Part shown: positions 6,675 through 16,615 of the stretch, one piece after another | Position numbering within the stretch: the first letter of the stretch is position 1 | Layout of the letters: every line of letters begins with the position of its first letter | Assembly: GCA_020443225.1 (NCBI GenBank) | Contig: JAGRIO010000001.1 | Location: 1-53,321 of the forward strand | From: Pseudomonadales bacterium | GTDB taxonomy: Bacteria > Pseudomonadota > Gammaproteobacteria > Pseudomonadales > Azotimanducaceae | Direction of reading: 5' to 3' | Length of the DNA stretch: 53,321 nucleotides | Program-made: the position numbers and the translations under genes | The notes under the pieces: generated by a model | Told to the model about the DNA's origin: nothing | Databases searched by the model: none | What the model saw: only the letters and a program-made list of their open reading frames with translations

Positions 6675-9600
6675 TCAGGTTTTTTCTGCTGGCATCTCTC
6701 CGAGTTCTGACTTGCCGTTCCAGTTGTCGGTGATCAGAACGACCCTCGAGTTGGGTTTCGTGACATAGGCATACAGCACTGGTAAGCAGATCAGCGTCAG
6801 GAACGTAGAAGTTGCCAGACCGCCAATCACCACAATCGCCAGTGCCCGGAACATCGAATCGCCTGCGGCCAGCGGTAGCAGGCCGACAATGCTGGTAACA
6901 GATGTCAGCAGGATTGGCATAAAGCGGTTCAGGCCGGACTGAATCGCCACTTCCGCCATGGAAAGGTCATGGTGCAGGTCACGCAAGTGATTACCTTCGT
7001 CTACCAGCAGAATACTGTTGTTGATCACAATGCCCATCAGACTGGTCAGCCCGATGAAGGCCAGAAATGAGATAGGCTGCCCGGTTGGATACAACAGCAG
7101 AAAGGCACCGATAAAACTCAGTGGAATCGCTGCGCAGATGATCAGAGGCTGCATGACCGACCCAAACTGAAAAACGAAAATACCAAGAATAGTCAGACCA
7201 ATGATGCCGACATATTTTCCCATTCCGCCAAAGGCATCGGCCTGCTCTGCGGCCTGACCTTTGTAGGCAATGCGTACGCCGTCAGGTAGCTCCATGGTTG
7301 CGAGGGTGTCGCGGACCTGATCGGTCAGCAGGGTTACATTGACGCCATCGTCAGCATAAACATCGATGGAAACACGAGGGCTGAGTTCGTTGTGCCAGAC
7401 ATCGTATTCATCCTCTCTGAATGTCAGGCTGACGACCTGGCTCAGGGGGATTCGTGCTCCCTGTTTACCATTGACGAATATCCGGTCGAAGATGTTCAGT
7501 GGGTCTTCTGCTGCTGATTCCGCTCGCAGCACGATCGGGTATTCCTTGCCGTCACTGGCACGGAGCTGGTCGATTTCCTGACCGTGGGTAATCAGCATCA
7601 GCACCTGGTCTACTGCGGCCCGGGTTACCCCCAGGGCACTGGCCTTGCGCTCTTCAAAATCAATGCCAAGGGCGAAATAGCGGTTCTGGGCTTCGTTGTT
7701 GATACTGTTGATGCCGCTGATCTCTGAGGCCTTCAGTTTTGACTCCAGTTCCAGTGCAACGGAACGCAGTTGCCCGATTCTGTCACCGACCACATGGATT
7801 TCAATGTCTGCCAGTTCGGCGCCAGCGCCAACGATAAATTGTGAGGCTTTGATATCTGCCTCGGCCGCAAATGGCTTTAATTCGTGATTGATCTCCTGAA
7901 TCAGACTGGAGAGCTGAGCAGCGTTGCGGAAGGATACGGCACAGAATATCTGTGCATTATTCCGCCGTACCGGCACCCTTGAGATGCCCGTGCTGACCAG
8001 TGGAAAGCTGCCACCGGTCATGGTGCTGCACCTTTCTACCATGGGAAACCCGGATACTACGTCGCTCACCCGGGCGGCGAGATCATCCACGAACTCGCTG
8101 TTGCGGTCCAGCGGTGCTTCGATGTTTACAGTGAAATAGGGATCTTCACTGTCCGGGAAGATGATAATGGGCAGGCGGCTGGCGACCACGCCGGTGATAC
8201 CCAGCAGCAGAATGACCAAGGCCAGCAACTGGAAAGGATGGCGAATAAAATAGCTGAGGGTTCGCTTATAAGTATTGTCTCTGAACGGTATCAACGCGAT
8301 CAGAAAGCTGGGTGGACTGGGGAGGAAGGGCACCCGGTTCTCGGTGCCAATCCTCGCGAGCATCACACTGGAAATGATCAGTGCAGCGACCAGGGAAGCA
8401 CCCAGACAAAGCCAGATTACCGCTACCAGAGAATGCAGAAACAGCCCTGTCGGCGATGTAAGCAGGAACAGGGGCGCAAAGGCCAGCGCTGTTGTAGCCG
8501 TGGAACTGAACAGTGGCATCAATACTGAGGATGTCCCCAGAATGGCAGATTCCTCATGGCTGTAGTGTCCATAGTGGTTCAATTTGTAAGCGTTTTCGGT
8601 CACCACGATGCCATTGTCGACAATCAGGCCCAGGGCGATGATAAAACCCGCAAGTGAGATTTCCTGAATGCCGTATTCCGTGAATGAAAGCCCGATGATG
8701 GACAGCAGCAGGGCTGCCGGCAGCATCATGGTGATGGTAAATGCTGACCGCAGACCAACGGCAAAAACCAGAACGACCGCAAGAATAGCGACCCCCTGAA
8801 GGATATTGGTGGTGAGTTCTTCAAGCTTATCGTTGACGCCGGATTCAGCATCAAACAGCCAGTCAATACGCACTGTGTCTGGCTTATCCAGTCTGGCGAT
8901 AGCATCAGCGATGGCAGCCCGGGCATCAAAGATGTTGGCAGATTTACTCAGTTTCATCGTGATCAGAACGGCCGGGTTACCATCGATTCTGGCACTGAGG
9001 GCATCGCGGCTTTCGATCTTCCTGACTGTTGCAACATCGCTGAGTGCGAGGGGTTTACCTTCCCGGTTGATCAGCATGGTCTGTCTGAGTTCGTCCAGGG
9101 TCTGATAACCACTGTCGAAAGCCAGGACGGTCAGCGCCTTATCGCCAATCTCGAAAACACCAGTCGGCAGATACTGATTATTGCCCCGGATCGCTGCCGC
9201 GATGGCAGCAATATCGATGCGGGAAACTTCCATTCTGGCGAGATCCAGATCAACCGCGATCTCTTCTTCCGGCATGACTTCTTCTACATTTTCTATAGAT
9301 TTCAGTTGCCGCAGGGAACGGGTGAGTTGCCGCGACACCTGACGAAGCTCTGCCGGGCTCGCAAGGTCAGACGAAATGCCCAGTACAAACGAGACGATAA
9401 AGTCCACCGGGCTTCGTTTCTGCACGACAACTTCTGTGCCCGGTGGCAGGTCAGTCTTGATATTGTTGATACGGGCATTGAGGTCAGTGTACTCCTCATC
9501 TACATCGATGCCGTAGTCATAGGTTATGGTGATCCAGGCGTAGCTATTGTGGATCTCGGTGATAACCTCATCCAGATTACGGACGCTCTGTAGCTTTTCT

Positions 9601-9806
9601 TCGATTTTATTGATGACCCGCTGTTCGATCTCCGTCGCCGACGCGCCGGGCAACACCACATGCACCATTAATGTGGGCAATTCAACGACCGGGTATTGTG
9701 AGATGCGTATACCAGGCAGTTGAATCCAGGCCGCAAGTGCAATGATCAGAAAGAACAGGACAGTAAAGGAGCGGTTGGTGACGATAAAACGGACGATAGA
9801 TTGCAC
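6675..9806 (-). CDS. RND efflux transporter permease subunit (AcrB/HAE-type)
   Basis: 1043 aa, with 12-TM plus two large loop architecture and an ACR_tran-like N-terminus (FIVTNRSFTVLFFLIIALAAW...YPVVELPTL). GTG start. It sits 14 nt downstream of the adaptor gene. Confidence 0.9.
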   Translation of the reverse strand: MQSIVRFIVTNRSFTVLFFLIIALAAWIQLPGIRISQYPVVELPTLMVHVVLPGASATEIEQRVINKIEEKLQSVRNLDEVITEIHNSYAWITITYDYGIDVDEEYTDLNARINNIKTDLPPGTEVVVQKRSPVDFIVSFVLGISSDLASPAELRQVSRQLTRSLRQLKSIENVEEVMPEEEIAVDLDLARMEVSRIDIAAIAAAIRGNNQYLPTGVFEIGDKALTVLAFDSGYQTLDELRQTMLINREGKPLALSDVATVRKIESRDALSARIDGNPAVLITMKLSKSANIFDARAAIADAIARLDKPDTVRIDWLFDAESGVNDKLEELTTNILQGVAILAVVLVFAVGLRSAFTITMMLPAALLLSIIGLSFTEYGIQEISLAGFIIALGLIVDNGIVVTENAYKLNHYGHYSHEESAILGTSSVLMPLFSSTATTALAFAPLFLLTSPTGLFLHSLVAVIWLCLGASLVAALIISSVMLARIGTENRVPFLPSPPSFLIALIPFRDNTYKRTLSYFIRHPFQLLALVILLLGITGVVASRLPIIIFPDSEDPYFTVNIEAPLDRNSEFVDDLAARVSDVVSGFPMVERCSTMTGGSFPLVSTGISRVPVRRNNAQIFCAVSFRNAAQLSSLIQEINHELKPFAAEADIKASQFIVGAGAELADIEIHVVGDRIGQLRSVALELESKLKASEISGINSINNEAQNRYFALGIDFEERKASALGVTRAAVDQVLMLITHGQEIDQLRASDGKEYPIVLRAESAAEDPLNIFDRIFVNGKQGARIPLSQVVSLTFREDEYDVWHNELSPRVSIDVYADDGVNVTLLTDQVRDTLATMELPDGVRIAYKGQAAEQADAFGGMGKYVGIIGLTILGIFVFQFGSVMQPLIICAAIPLSFIGAFLLLYPTGQPISFLAFIGLTSLMGIVINNSILLVDEGNHLRDLHHDLSMAEVAIQSGLNRFMPILLTSVTSIVGLLPLAAGDSMFRALAIVVIGGLATSTFLTLICLPVLYAYVTKPNSRVVLITDNWNGKSELGEMPAEKT

Positions 9807-9820
9807 GGTTCAGATTCCCA

Positions 9821-10822
9821 TCAGTCGGCGACAATCACTGATGCGCCGTCCTGCAGTGCATGCTGGCCGCTGACAACAATCTGCGTTGCTGGCGGCAATG
9901 CTTCCTCAAGTGCGACCTGGCCCTCATTAATCTGATGGATAGTAACGGGAACTTCCGTCACTGTTGAATCTGCAGGGTTCAGGGTAAAGATAACGCCTTT
10001 GTTCCGGCGCAATGACAGCAACGCATCGAATGGCACGATGCTGAACGATCGGTTTGAGACTCGCGACAGGTTCACCTCTGCAATCATGCCGGGCCGCAAG
10101 GGGATATTCTGCGTGGAAATCGCAATCTCCGCAGTGAAGAGCCCGTCTGACTCGTTTGCTACCTGGGCGATACTCGTCACCTGACCGGAAAATACATGGT
10201 CAGGGTAGGGAGCGAACAACACTTCAGCCTCAGCGCCTGCTTCCATCAACAACGCATTCCGGTCGGTCAACTCTACCTTGGTGATCCACTGTTCATCATC
10301 AGCCTGAAACACGAATACCGGTAGCCCGGGTGAAATCGTGGTTCTCGATTCGATGACCTGTTTCAGAACAATACCGTTTGCTGGTGCCGCGAGTTTGCAG
10401 CGAGCAACGTTCAGCGCTGCCTGTTCATGAGCTATACGTGCTTGCTCGAAGGTTGCACGGGTATCTTCCAGCTGGGACTTTTGCACTGAGCGCGCTTCGA
10501 ACAGCGTTTGCATCCGGTCCAGCAAGCGCTGGGCGCTTGCCAGTTCACTTTCGGCGCGGCGTAAATTGTCCGTGGCGTCCTTGGTATCCAGTTCGGCGAG
10601 TAACTGACCACGACTCACCCGGTCACCTTCAACGATATGGAAGCGGCTAATCCGGCCTGGAATCTGAAACGACAAGTCTTCAATTTGTGGTGATAACCTG
10701 CCGAAGGTTCTGACGCTGTAGGTGATGCTGTCGGTGGTGACTGCTACGACTCTCACCGGTTGGGGCTCGGCATTAACGGCGGTGAGGGCGAACAACAGCA
10801 AGAGTGTGAATACGTATCTCAT
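9821..10822 (-). CDS. RND efflux periplasmic adaptor (membrane fusion protein, HlyD_D23 family)
   Basis: The ORF reaches 10867 (TTG). The ATG at 10822 gives the signal peptide MRYVFTLLLLFALTAVNA. It has a coiled-coil hairpin (AESELASAQRLLDRMQTLF...) and lipoyl and beta-barrel segments. It lies directly upstream of the RND gene. Confidence 0.85.
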   Translation of the reverse strand: MRYVFTLLLLFALTAVNAEPQPVRVVAVTTDSITYSVRTFGRLSPQIEDLSFQIPGRISRFHIVEGDRVSRGQLLAELDTKDATDNLRRAESELASAQRLLDRMQTLFEARSVQKSQLEDTRATFEQARIAHEQAALNVARCKLAAPANGIVLKQVIESRTTISPGLPVFVFQADDEQWITKVELTDRNALLMEAGAEAEVLFAPYPDHVFSGQVTSIAQVANESDGLFTAEIAISTQNIPLRPGMIAEVNLSRVSNRSFSIVPFDALLSLRRNKGVIFTLNPADSTVTEVPVTIHQINEGQVALEEALPPATQIVVSGQHALQDGASVIVAD

Positions 10823-11024
10823 GTGTACAGCATCTGCCCCTGGGATGTGACTTAATATTATTTTCAAACGTCGACGGCCGCTGATCCGACATCAGCCGCG
10901 GGCCATTATAGCCATGCTGTTACTCGCAGTGGAATCGTTCTTGCAGAACCCAGCTAGCGGATGACTGCATTACGTGCTGCTGGTTATCAGGTCGATTACT
11001 GTATGATTCCAGCCTGGATTCCCG

Positions 11025-11043
11025 TCAATGCAGTATCAATGCA
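11025..11043 (+). promoter_or_regulatory. Direct repeat TCAATGCA-N3-TCAATGCA (11-bp period); candidate regulator-binding site
   Basis: Read directly in the 265-bp divergent intergenic region between the MFP gene (start 10822) and the FAD oxidoreductase gene (start 11133). It lies ~90-108 bp upstream of 11133. Confidence 0.25.
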
Positions 11044-11132
11044 ATTGGTCTGTCAGGAGTGTGCCTGCACAGCCATAGCCAGAACCGAGAAATCTGGTCA
11101 GACTGCTGCACACCGAATGTTGGAGCTTTACC

Positions 11133-12425
11133 ATGTCCGAAACAACCTACCCCGAATATCTGCTGAAGAGTGGCTGGAATGCGCTGTTACCAGCCCGGGT
11201 GCCAAACGCTCCGCTTAAGGGGGATCAGAGCGCTGATGTGCTGGTCATTGGTGCCGGGTTTACCGGTCTGGCATTTGCCCGGCGCTGGTACGAACTGGCG
11301 TCACAAGACCGTATCATTGTCATTGACAGCAGCGAAATCGGTGAAGGTAATCCCGGCCGTAATTCCGGCTTTTTGCTGGAAGTAGCACTGGCGGAAGATG
11401 CAGATCCTGCTAACACCGGCCGGATGGCAGAATGTAATCGGCTGACGCAGATTGCCATGCAAAGCATTGCAGATGATGTTGCTGCCTGTGGTGAGCCTGT
11501 AGATTGTGTGCGTGCGGGGACATATCGCGCTGCTGCAGGAGACGTCGGTCTGCGGGCGCTGAACAATTATCGTCAGTTTCTGGAAGCGGCCGGTCTGCCC
11601 TACCGGGCGCTGCAACAGCAAGACCTGAAGACGGAATTGGGTTCTGAATTTTATCAGGCAGGTTTGTACTCGCCGGACTGTTATCTGGTGCAGCCCGCTG
11701 CGGTGATTCGCGCCATCGCGGCCAGGGTGCCGGCAGACATTACCCTTTATGAGAATACGCCAGCGCTGAAGCTGCAAAAAGAGACTGATGGTTGGCGGGT
11801 AACCACACCGGAGGGTGTGATCCGCGCACCTAAGGTGATTCTCGCCAATAACTCATTTGCTTCGAATCTGGGAGTTGCCCGGTCACGGGTTACGCCGGTT
11901 TATACCTATGCGGGGCTGACACCGGTACTGGACGACAGCACGCTTGAAGAAATGGGCGACGTGCAGAACTGGGGCATATTACCGTGCCACCGGCTGGGAA
12001 GTACCCTGCGACGTACCGCAGATGGCAGGCTGTTGATTCGCTCGTTGCATGACTATGGACGGGAAGGCAACGGCGAAGAGATCAGAATGGCACTGCAGGA
12101 CCGGTTATGGCGGCGATTTCCACAGGTTACGGGCACCGATTTTGAGCATGTGTGGGGTGGTGCAGTGGGTGTTACCTACAATGGCGCGCCGGTCTGGGGA
12201 GAGTGGCAAAAAGGTTTATTTGTGTCTGCAGGATGTAATGGTGGGGGCACCGTGAAAGGGACCTTGCTGGGCAGACTGCTTGCTGAGATGGCGGCAGGCC
12301 AGGAGGTGCCTGATGTATCCGCTTTGTTCGGCAAAGCCTCGTGGATGCCCCCCGAACCTTTTCGTGCCATCGGATTTCACCTGCAATCAGGTCTGGAAAG
12401 CTGGCAGGGCCAACAGGAACTTTAA
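11133..12425 (+). CDS. FAD-dependent oxidoreductase (DAO family; gamma-glutamylputrescine or amino-acid oxidase-like)
   Basis: 430 aa. Dinucleotide-binding motif DVLVIGAGFTGLAFA...VIDSSEIGEGNPGRNSG. GGAG Shine-Dalgarno 7 nt upstream. Confidence 0.8.
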   Translation: MSETTYPEYLLKSGWNALLPARVPNAPLKGDQSADVLVIGAGFTGLAFARRWYELASQDRIIVIDSSEIGEGNPGRNSGFLLEVALAEDADPANTGRMAECNRLTQIAMQSIADDVAACGEPVDCVRAGTYRAAAGDVGLRALNNYRQFLEAAGLPYRALQQQDLKTELGSEFYQAGLYSPDCYLVQPAAVIRAIAARVPADITLYENTPALKLQKETDGWRVTTPEGVIRAPKVILANNSFASNLGVARSRVTPVYTYAGLTPVLDDSTLEEMGDVQNWGILPCHRLGSTLRRTADGRLLIRSLHDYGREGNGEEIRMALQDRLWRRFPQVTGTDFEHVWGGAVGVTYNGAPVWGEWQKGLFVSAGCNGGGTVKGTLLGRLLAEMAAGQEVPDVSALFGKASWMPPEPFRAIGFHLQSGLESWQGQQEL

Positions 12426-12447
12426 ACTTCGCAACGGAGAGCAACAG

Positions 12448-12837
12448 ATGATTGGCTACATTACTCTTGGTACTAACGACCTGGACAGGGCGGGTCGCTT
12501 TTATGACGAACTGCTGGCAGAGCTGGGCGCCCGAAGGGTGATGACTGATCCGCGAATGCTGGGTTGGGGTACCAGCCCGGAGAAAACCATGTTTTCGGTG
12601 ATCAGGCCCTTTGATGAGCAGGAAGCTACCGTAGGTAACGGCGTTATGGTGGCGCTTGAGGTTGAGAACGGTGAGGAAGTTGAGCGGGTCTACCAGAAGG
12701 CAATTGCCCTCGGCGCCACAGATGAAGGTCATCCTCATGACCGGGGCTCGCAGATGGGTTTCTACGGCGGCTACTTCCGGGATATCGACGGCAATAAACT
12801 GGTGGTTTATTGTCTCGGCTGGAAACCTGAACCCTAA
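12448..12837 (+). CDS. VOC (glyoxalase/bleomycin-resistance/dioxygenase) family protein
   Basis: The start MIGYITLGTNDLDRAGRFYDELL is preceded by a GGAGA Shine-Dalgarno. The C-terminus reads GGYFRDIDGNKLVV. The longer ORF from 12280 overlaps the upstream gene and is unlikely. Confidence 0.8.
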   Translation: MIGYITLGTNDLDRAGRFYDELLAELGARRVMTDPRMLGWGTSPEKTMFSVIRPFDEQEATVGNGVMVALEVENGEEVERVYQKAIALGATDEGHPHDRGSQMGFYGGYFRDIDGNKLVVYCLGWKPEP

Positions 12838-12854
12838 GGTGCCAGCCTGTCTGG

Positions 12855-13898
12855 CTAGGGGCTGAAGAAGCCCAGATCGACCTCATTACGAAGGGGTGCG
12901 CCTGTCAGCCATGCCTGCAGATTCTCCAGAAATAAGGCTTCACCCCGGGGCAGGGTCATATTGCCACGGTTGCTGGCGTGCGGGGTGAGGTGTACGCGGG
13001 GATGATCCCAGAAAGGACTCTCTGCCGGCAGGGGTTCTTCTTTGAAGACGTCCAGAATTGCATAGTCAAGCCGCTCACTGCTGAGTGCATGTAACAGCGC
13101 ATCTTCATCAACGACACCACCGCGAGCGATATTCACCAGCACAGTACCCGGCTTCACTGCGGCGAGGAAGGCTTCATCAACCAGATCGGCGGTCTGCTCT
13201 GTCAGGGCGCAGGAAAGCACAATGACGTCAGCCGCTCCGATATGTTCTGCCAGTTGCGGGAAAGCGATGATCGCGTCGGCATCTGGGTGGCTGCCAGCAC
13301 TGCGTTTTACGCCGGTGACCACCGCTTCAAAACTGCGGGCCATGCGGCCGACCCGCTGCCCGATATTACCGAAACCGATAATCAGCCACTGGCTGCCACA
13401 CAGCTGCCTGAAACCGACGGACTCCCACTGGTGATTTTGCTGAAACTTTTCCCGCTGACTGAACTGCTGGTAGCGATGTAATACTGCCCCCAGTACATAT
13501 TCAGCAATCGCAGGCGCCTGCGCATCGCTGTTGGACATGCGCACACCGTTTTCCAGCAAACGCCGGAACATCGGGTGATCGAGCCCCGCGGTGATGGTTT
13601 GCAGCCAGCGTAGTTCGGTCGCGCTGAGCAGGGCTTTTGAGAACTGCCCGACAGTCCCGGTAGCCAGTAATTCCTGACTGAACCAGGCCAGATGAACGGG
13701 CACGTCATCCAGCGAAACCGGCTGATCATCCAGCGTCACAGTGCCATCTTTGCCCATGCTCAGCAGTCGGATGCGATCCTTAAACGGGTCGAGTTTGTTG
13801 CCAAGACGGCGAATAGCGCCTTCGGCGAGTAGCAGGTTTTCCACAACATTATCTCCTTCGAACAGGCCCACATTACCAGCGCCAGTCTCGCTGAACAA
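12855..13898 (-). CDS. D-isomer-specific 2-hydroxyacid dehydrogenase family, NAD-binding
   Basis: Motifs: GFGNIGQRVGRMARSF (GxGxxG), NIARGGVVDEDAL and TPHAS. The start is uncertain: TTG at 13898, or GTG at 13844 preceded by GGAGA. Confidence 0.8.
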   Translation of the reverse strand: MFSETGAGNVGLFEGDNVVENLLLAEGAIRRLGNKLDPFKDRIRLLSMGKDGTVTLDDQPVSLDDVPVHLAWFSQELLATGTVGQFSKALLSATELRWLQTITAGLDHPMFRRLLENGVRMSNSDAQAPAIAEYVLGAVLHRYQQFSQREKFQQNHQWESVGFRQLCGSQWLIIGFGNIGQRVGRMARSFEAVVTGVKRSAGSHPDADAIIAFPQLAEHIGAADVIVLSCALTEQTADLVDEAFLAAVKPGTVLVNIARGGVVDEDALLHALSSERLDYAILDVFKEEPLPAESPFWDHPRVHLTPHASNRGNMTLPRGEALFLENLQAWLTGAPLRNEVDLGFFSP

Positions 13899-14029
13899 AT
13901 ATCAGCTGCTATCACAGGGCACGCAGATCGTAGCAGACCCGGCTGTGTCTGTGTTAAAACCGTTTGTATCTGACGTGAGGGCGGACGATAAAAATGTCAC
14001 CCTCGTCTGTAACCTGCCGGAGCATGATG

Positions 14030-15922
14030 ATGGCCATGAAATATATTGATCTGGACGGACTCAGATTTCGCGATCTGGATCACGATGGTGTGCTCGCCCC
14101 TTATGAGGACTGGCGGCTGCCACCAGAAGTCAGGGTTGCTGACTTGCTGGGGCGGATGACGCTGGACGAAAAGGTTGGTGTGCTGCTGCACGGAACATTG
14201 CCTGCGGCAGGAACCGGTGCTGCTGCGGCGCTGGGAGTGGGGCGTGAGTATGATCTGCAAATGACCCGTGAAATGATTCTCGGTCGGGGTATTAACAGTC
14301 TGATCACCCGGCTGGCGACCAGTCCGCAGGCATTTGCCAGTCAGAACAATGCAGTGCAGGCACTGGCCGCCGAGGGAAGGCTGGGCATTCCGGTCACTAT
14401 CAGTACCGATCCCCGGCACCAGCTGAATCACCTCCATGGCGCCAGTGTCGAAGGTGCCGGATTCAGTCAGTGGCCGGGCACCCTTGGCCTCGCCGCAACT
14501 TTCGACGAAGATCTGGTGCGGCGCTTTGGTGATGTTGTCCGCCAGGAATACCGCGCAACCGGTGTGCATATGGCCCTGTCGCCGCAGGCAGATCTGGCGA
14601 CATCGCCCAGGTGGGCTCGCATTGATGGCACATTTGGTGACGACCCCGCGTTGGTGCGCCGACTCACCGGCGCCTACGTGGCGGGCATTCAGGGCGGGGA
14701 TGAGGGAGTAACCAGTACCGGCGTGGCAGCAGTGGTTAAGCACTGGGTGGGCTATGGAGCTTCGGAAGATGGGTTTGATGGTCACAACTACTATGGGCGT
14801 TTTTCTGTGTTTCCCGGCGGCGCGCTTGCTGCTCACATTGAAGCCTTTCTGGATGCCTTTGACCGGAAAGTTGCCGGCATTATGCCGACCTACAATATTC
14901 TGAAAAATCTGGCGCTGAATGGTGAGTTGATTGAGCAGGTAGGTGCCGGTTATTCCAGGGAACTGCTGACGGATCTTCTGCGTGGTGAATACCAGTATGA
15001 AGGCCTGGTGTTGTCAGACTGGGCAATTGCCAGAGACGTCAATGAGAGTTGCAGAACCGGCCAGCCGCGGATGCAACCAGCCGATATCTCCATGGCCTGG
15101 GGGGTAGAAGAATTATCTCTGGCTGAACGGTTCGCTAAAGGGCTGAATGCTGGTCTGGATCAGTTTGGCGGTGAGGACTCTCCGGCACCGGTACTTGCTG
15201 CCCTCGATCAGGGGTTGCTCAGCGCGGCGCGCATAGATGAATGCGTCAGTCGTGTCCTGCTGCACAAGTTTCAGCTGGGCCTGTTTGAAAATCCATTGGT
15301 TGATGAGGAGGTTGCCGGTGAGCTGGTGGGCAATGGCGGGTTCCGGGCCGAAGCCATGCAGGCTCAGCAACGTTCTGTTGTATTACTGAAACAAGGCTCC
15401 GGATCTGCGGCATCTGTGGGTTCCCGGCTGTTGCCGAACGGAGCGAAAGTCTTCCTTTATGATCTCGCCGCCCCGGCATTTGCCAGTGCCGGCTATGAAC
15501 CGGTGGTGGATGCAAATGATGCTGAGGTTGCCGTTCTCCGGTTGCGAACGCCGTCGCAGGTTTTACATCCCGGTTTCTTTTTTGGTTCCTTCCAGAAGGA
15601 GGGTGATCTGGACTTCAGGGCTGATGATGAAGGTATACAGTTGCTAACAAGTCTGACCGGTCGCATGCCCGTGATTGTTGTGGCTGAAATGGATCGTCCG
15701 GCAGTGCTGGGCGAGGTGACAGAACAGGCCGACTGGATATTCGTGACCTTTGGTATCTGCGATGAGGCACTGATCTCGGTGCTGGAAAATACCGCGTTGT
15801 CGCAGGGCAGGCTGCCCTATGCGCTGCCGGATTCCATGGCGGCAGTACTGGCGAAAGCGCCAGACAGCCCTGACTGGCCGGAAACACCCAGGTTTCAGAC
15901 CGGGTATCGTGCAGAGGCCTGA
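14030..15922 (+). CDS. Glycoside hydrolase family 3 (beta-glucosidase/BglX-like)
   Basis: GH3 N-domain motifs KHWVGYG and GLVLSDW (nucleophile Asp), plus a C-terminal alpha/beta sandwich domain. There are in-frame ATGs at 13994, 14024, 14027, 14030 and 14036. The GGAG at 14019-14022 favours 14030. Confidence 0.85.
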   Translation: MAMKYIDLDGLRFRDLDHDGVLAPYEDWRLPPEVRVADLLGRMTLDEKVGVLLHGTLPAAGTGAAAALGVGREYDLQMTREMILGRGINSLITRLATSPQAFASQNNAVQALAAEGRLGIPVTISTDPRHQLNHLHGASVEGAGFSQWPGTLGLAATFDEDLVRRFGDVVRQEYRATGVHMALSPQADLATSPRWARIDGTFGDDPALVRRLTGAYVAGIQGGDEGVTSTGVAAVVKHWVGYGASEDGFDGHNYYGRFSVFPGGALAAHIEAFLDAFDRKVAGIMPTYNILKNLALNGELIEQVGAGYSRELLTDLLRGEYQYEGLVLSDWAIARDVNESCRTGQPRMQPADISMAWGVEELSLAERFAKGLNAGLDQFGGEDSPAPVLAALDQGLLSAARIDECVSRVLLHKFQLGLFENPLVDEEVAGELVGNGGFRAEAMQAQQRSVVLLKQGSGSAASVGSRLLPNGAKVFLYDLAAPAFASAGYEPVVDANDAEVAVLRLRTPSQVLHPGFFFGSFQKEGDLDFRADDEGIQLLTSLTGRMPVIVVAEMDRPAVLGEVTEQADWIFVTFGICDEALISVLENTALSQGRLPYALPDSMAAVLAKAPDSPDWPETPRFQTGYRAEA

Positions 15923-15984
15923 CGGCGTAGTACTTTCTTCTGAAAAGGGCTTCTGCGTCTGGAGGTCTGAAAAAAACGCAAAAA

Positions 15985-16010
15985 AAAGGTACATCAGATG
16001 ATGTACCTTT
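15985..16010. terminator. Bidirectional rho-independent terminator between the convergent GH3 and cspA genes
   Basis: AAAGGTACATC (15985-15995) pairs with GATGTACCTTT (16000-16010) across a 4-nt loop. An A-run lies on the left and a T-run on the right. Confidence 0.8.
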
Positions 16011-16040
16011 TCCTTTAACTGAATTGTCGGTCTGAAAAAA

Positions 16041-16247
16041 TCAGATAGCGACGATGTTCTCAGCTTGTGGGCCTTTCTGACCCTGAGTTACGGTGAACTC
16101 AACTTTCTGGCCTTCAACCAGAGTCTTGAAGCCTGAACCAGTGATAGCACTGAAGTGGGCGAAGACGTCCGGGCCGTTCTGCTGTTCAATAAAACCAAAG
16201 CCTTTAGCTTCGTTGAACCACTTAACTGTACCTGTAGTAGTAGACAT
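16041..16247 (-). CDS. cspA: Cold-shock protein, CspA family
   Basis: 68 aa: [35 protein letters not shown]... It has the RNP1 (KGFGFI) and RNP2 (VFAHF) motifs. Confidence 0.95.
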   Translation of the reverse strand: MSTTTGTVKWFNEAKGFGFIEQQNGPDVFAHFSAITGSGFKTLVEGQKVEFTVTQGQKGPQAENIVAI

Positions 16248-16428
16248 AATTTAATCCTGAAATCTTGGTATTTGGTGTGCCCCGAAAGGCGGTTTGCGCT
16301 TAAAAATAGTACTGGAACTTAACAACTGCAGAACGAGGTATTATGACTAAGACTACGAAATGGAGGATGTAAATAAGAGACTTCTTTTTAGCAGAATCGA
16401 CTTTAGTGCGCCAAAGCATGCTTGTCCA
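16248..16428 (-). promoter_or_regulatory. Putative cspA sigma-70 promoter plus a long (~145 nt) 5' UTR
   Basis: On the minus strand: TGGACA (16428-16423), a 17-nt spacer, then TAAAGT (16405-16400). AGGA Shine-Dalgarno before the ATG. A long leader is typical of cspA-type genes. Confidence 0.45.
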
Positions 16429-16615
16429 GCACTATTTTGATTATTTTTGTCATCCATAGCGCCAGGGTGCTAGCCAGCCGACCAGAGATTGTTGTTATTC
16501 CAGGGTCAGAACCCGGCGACCGCTATGTATTCTCTTGTCCGGGCGATGAATACAGCCCTCAATCGGAGACCGATAGGAGTATACTGAGCGCCCGAAATTT
16601 GCCGATATTGCAGTC

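Noticed and set aside
10961-11218. An 85-aa ORF in the MFP/FAD-oxidoreductase intergenic region, and a 65-aa ORF at 16422..16619 upstream of the ABC gene.
   Set aside because: Neither has a Shine-Dalgarno sequence. Both run into the start of a well-supported downstream gene in another frame. Both have Cys- or Arg-rich, unstructured-looking sequence. They are more likely promoter or leader DNA.
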